The position numbers and the translations under genes are program-made. A stretch of 62,862 bases of DNA, filler included, from Asterionella formosa (Eukaryota): the NCBI GenBank assembly GCA_002256025.1. It is 6 parts of 6 records of this genome, joined end to end, with 100 filler letters (N's around TTAATTAATTAA, not from the genome) between each part and the next. Parts side by side here need not be neighbours in the genome. Positions count along the whole stretch, not along the records: positions 43,293 to 62,862 come from NKIB01003624.1; 5 more parts are not named here. One strand, given 5' to 3'. Positions within the stretch are counted from its first letter, which is position 1. Every line of letters starts with the position of its first letter. Shown here piece by piece: positions 58,501-62,862 of the stretch. The notes beneath the pieces were generated by a model that saw only the letters and a program-made list of their open reading frames with translations, did no database searches and had not been told where the DNA came from.

Positions 58501-59639
58501 GAGTTGAGCTGATTTGCCGTATCTTGTTTTGTACTGCTTGCAGCGCCTTCCAACACAAGAATATTGGCTACTTGGTCTTATGTTGCCGCTGTCATTCGAG
58601 CAGGTTTGGGGAGGAATGGATGCCATCTCTGGCCTCCCTTCTTCCTTTGACCAGAAAATGATGAAAACAGGATTACAATATAAATGGACGACGATTGGTG
58701 AGCATATCCCGGTAGATATCTTTAGGTTGATTGATGAGTTTATGTAATAGTAGGCATTTATTTGCATACCTTTTGTCCGGCAAGAGCAGGCTGTTTCAGG
58801 TATGAGCAAGCAGTCTTGAAATATTCAGGGAAACTATATGTAGTCATACATGAATAGACATCATATTTTTATATATTGCACTGTTATTTCTAACTGCAAA
58901 ATTTTTTTGTGTTGACCAAACATGGTAGTAACTCTGGTTTGCACCCCCTCGAGGGCCCGGAATTACCAAATTTTGTCAACACAAACACAAATTTTGGGTT
59001 ATGAGTACAACAATTTTCCCTTAACAATTCATTTTATAATACACATGATAAAATATTTTTTTAATTTCGAAGCGCGCCCAGTGATGCATCGCACAATTTC
59101 AAAACTCAAAACCGTAAATCCCGTGCTCATGTCCTCCCCCATGCTTTTGTCTCGCTCCTCTTTGTACATCTGGTACTATGCACCCAAATATTTTACAGGT
59201 GCAGAAAAGAAAAATTTTATTTCCTATTATAAGAAGCTACCAGTATGCATCACAATATTTCGTTCAGCACTGTCATCAAAATGACATCCTGTCAAGATGG
59301 AGAAATACTTGGCTGGCCTACCTGATGTCACAAATGGGAGAAGCTGTGTGCAACATAGATGCTGTGGAGCTCAGCCATGTTCGCATCAATGATACAATGC
59401 ATTTCAAGCTTACAATGGTGCTTCTATTAATAAGGCTCAACAATCTTGATTGAACAAGGATAGATTTAATACATACTAATTCAGCATTTTAAGTCTTGAA
59501 ACTGGTCGTTTGATATAATTTCTATTTGTCAGCAAGACATATTATTTTTTCCTTTTGCAAGTCAAACATGTAGTTTGAAAACAAAATTTTTAACAAAAAA
59601 AGATGCAATCAATAGATGTTATCCAATTTGACTAATATT

Positions 59640-60420
59640 AAAGGAAACCAGATTTGTATCCAATGCTGGCCCAGGTATTTCTGATCAAAGACACAGTTAC
59701 CTGGGCCCATGCTCCCTCCACCCATAGGGCAACATGGAGCCTCTTAACCATTTCATTTTCTAGATTTTGAACCATAAAATTCTCCTATGCAGCCTGCACA
59801 TAACCTTTGAATGGCTTGTCGACTCCCACTTCCAGTATTTGAAGCTGGGATGTGTAGCCAGGGGTAATATGATAGTCGACCTTGGTGCCACAAGATCTAA
59901 TGGATCTACACATTTGCCAACTTTATGGACCAAAAATTCGTCTATTAGCAGGAAGTTGGCTCTCCTATTAGCAATCCCTGAGTCCAGGGATTCCAAACCT
60001 GCTCAATCCAATTCAAAAAGACAGTCTGGTCTTCCCAAGCCTTGGCTTGGCAAGATTATTTCACTGAAACCGGAAATTTGTTTGTTTAGATTTATGGCTA
60101 GTAGCTGCCTGATCATCCATTCATCAATGATTACCTTTAACACAATGAATGGTGGTACCTTTTCTCCACTACGAGTTACACCTAAGAGCACAGTGCAATG
60201 ACCTGGGGTACCTGAAGTCTTCATTCCAATGGTCCTGGCTCACTCCATGTTCTCCAATGTAAATGATCCAAACAAGTCAAGAAAAATTGAGGATGTTTGT
60301 CTCATCAATATTGACAGTGCACCTAGGGTCCATACCAAAGGTCTGAATCTGTTGATTGGCATATACATATGTTACAAACTCAAGCACTCTGGTCTATTGT
60401 AGGTTTCGGGTCATTCACGA
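59640..60420 (-). mobile_element. Degenerate pogo/Tc1-mariner (DDE_1) transposase relic
   Basis: Minus-strand fragments VNIDET, GMKTSGTPGHCTVLLGVTRSGEKVPPFIVLK and LLIDEF.VH..PLD, broken by frameshifts. Confidence 0.65.
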
Positions 60421-60645
60421 CACCAAAGGACTGTTGCGAGCAACATTTTCCCACCCTCATCCGCGTCACTACATAGAATACGACCACCTAATGTCATCAT
60501 CAATTTAAGTACAGTACACAGTATTATTACCCCAATTATGTTACGTAGCTGATCCGCGCAAAAACCTGAAGTGGAATCGAAATCGACGATTGTCCCACCC
60601 CACATTCCCGAATAGTCATTCTAAGCTGTGGACAGCTCACCGCCA

Positions 60646-62662
60646 TGGACGACAAAGATACGGCAAAAGCGGGAAGCACTATGAAGGTCCACAAACATAG
60701 AATTACAGCAGCGGCACTAAGACAGCACAGGTTGCTGAAACTGTCTTGTCTCATTCTAGCTTCTATGGAAGCTGGACATTCATGTGCGATGTGTTCCAAG
60801 CTCACGTGACGCCTTGCCCCGTTTCCCCTCTCCAGCAGTCGGTTTGCCAAATGCTCCTTTTATGAAGAAATCTGCAACGCCGATTCCCAATCAGCAGCTG
60901 GTCCAAGCGGATACTCAAGATTTACATTGGTACACTCAAGATGGCGACCATTCGCCGATTCAATCTGCTGAAAAAGCAAAGAAACTCAAGTAGGGAAAGA
61001 AAGATGACGATCAGGGCATATTTTCTTCAAGGGGTCTGGTGCATCTGCCAGACCTGGGTGGACATAATGACCTTGCTGTAGCCATCGACGAAGATGAGGA
61101 TGTGGAAGGCATCAATGCAGATGGAATCTTCCAACCTGCTGCAATTGAATATGACCCTGATTCCAAGCCTCCCATCTTCATACACCGAAGGATGCGCATT
61201 TGTATGTTGGCGGCCTCGATTCTGTTATGTATCACCTTGCTATCTGCTGGTATCATTGTGGTCGTATCATATAAGAATAATGTACCGCAGGGCTCCATCG
61301 AGATGTCCTCTTCCACTCCCAGTCCGTCTGTGTCGTCGTAAATAACCAACCGGGACCAATTTGCGGCAATGGTGGGATATTCCGTATAGACTCCTGGGAC
61401 GCCCCAGTACAATGCAGGCGAGTGGATCACGGAAACCTTGCCATAGACGCAACGCACATAACATTCTGCAGAGATACCTCTTATCACTATTTTACTATCT
61501 TCTGACTCAGAATGGACAGGTAGAGTGGCGGTCCTGCAACCCAATTGGATGCCAACAACCAGTAAGTTCAAAATTTGATTACAACTGTACCTATGAAAAG
61601 TTGATTAGATCAGATGCCAATGATTCCTTTGAACAAGAAAGCATTCCAAGCATCAGCTGGTGTCTCCGAATCATGAATGTGAATGGGCAGGTGTGACTTG
61701 CGATGCAACAGATGTGGTACATTCGCCCCCTCGTGGGACAAAACATTACAGGAACTTAACCCTCGGAACTCGCTGGTCTTGTTACTTTGCAATCGATTGC
61801 ACTTTATTACAATGAGTTCGAAGGGACCATACCAGCCGAATATGCAAAGATGAAGAAATTTGATAAATTTAGACATTCGTAGAAACTTTTTGACTGGAAC
61901 CATTCCAGACAAATTGTGGGATGCCACTCTCGTGCAACAGCTGAATTTCGCTGAGAACGATTTGACTGGATCAAAAGGACCAAGATTGAAAAGTTGACAA
62001 ACCTGAAAGGCTTTCATGTTCGCGAAAATCAATTGACAGGCAGCCTACCATCAGATATTGGAAACCTTGGGTCCTTGATGTTCACTCGGTTCGACACCAA
62101 TTTGCTTCAAGATAGTTTGCCCTCCGAGCTCGGCCGTTGCACTCAACTAATCGAATTGTAGACACAGAAGAACAATTGGAAAGGAAAACTTCGTTCCGAC
62201 CTTGGAAATCTCAAGAACTTGATAGACTTCCGCATCTTTTCCTGTTCGATTTCGGGGAAGATCTCTGACGAAATCAACAATATTCATAAACTCAGCCGAT
62301 TGGAACTCCATGATGCAGAGCTTACTGGAAAACTTAGCAGTCGCATTAGCGAACTTACAAATCTGGTGAATCTTGGTATGCGAAGAAATCATTTTTGGGG
62401 GACTATTCCAATTAAAATTGCAATGCTCGACAAGGCAATCCTCCTGTGGCTACATTTGAACATGTTTGAAGGTTCTGTACCAAATGAAATTTGTGCTACT
62501 TTCGCCAACCAACTTGGTTTCCTCAATGCAGACTGCGCCCCGGAAGCGTCTCCAACAAACCCCTGCAGTTACTGTACCAATTGTTGTGATCGAGTAGCAG
62601 AACTATGCTTAATTCAAGGCGGAATCATTGATGATTTCTCATGTCTAATTACCGGTAACTAA
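60646..62662 (+). pseudogene. Diatom-type LRR membrane protein pseudogene
   Basis: TM segment (ICMLAASILL..GIIVVV), LQRYLLSLFYY, plant-type LRRs (NFLTGTIP, NQLTGSLPSDIGNL, NHFWGTIP, NMFEGSVPNEIC) and C-terminal LNADC..C..CT.CC. Interrupted by several stops and frameshifts. Confidence 0.75.
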
Positions 62663-62862
62663 TTAATTTCAATGTCATGCAACAATTATAGTCATTCTCT
62701 TTACGCATGTACCGGTAGTATCAGCCAGAGTACCTGGTACCTGGTAGATTGAATCATGGATTAGCGAGCTAGTTTCCAATATTTTCAACAAGTGCATTGT
62801 ACTTCCACATCTTTGAGCGATCGTCATTTTGGTATTGAAGTGCACCCCAGCTTCCGTACTTG

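Overview
Eukaryotic nuclear DNA, most likely from a diatom: short 78-150 nt GT-AG introns, signal-peptide + 'AF' bipartite plastid presequences, diatom-type gag relics, and LRR and GT92 genes. The window is not one locus. Five 100-nt N/TTAATTAATTAA linkers join three ~19.57-kb scaffolds and three 1215-bp contigs. The main result is on scaffold 1 (5044-14385): a compact, intron-containing, operon-like nitrogen-salvage cluster. It holds an AzgA/NCS2-type nucleobase permease, a biuret hydrolase (BiuH), a secreted protein of unknown function, a triuret-hydrolase-like enzyme (TrtA), and a fusion of a Zn-dependent nucleobase deaminase with a 2-oxoglutarate/Fe(II) dioxygenase. The same scaffold has a DsbA/FrnE-type gene with an in-frame UGA in a U-P-W-C motif and a SECIS-like 3' hairpin (predicted selenoprotein), plus plastid MutS2, TruA and DUF1995. 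Scaffold 2 has ordinary genes (RPAIN, M14 carboxypeptidase, TPM lumenal protein, OSCA/CSC1, Rsm22, CAP). The rest is transposon-rich: copia RT/RNase H with PPT and LTR, gag relics, DDE relics, a Harbinger-type element with TAA target duplication, a second TIR element, a GT92 gene and an LRR pseudogene. All family assignments come from motif recognition by eye, not database searches.
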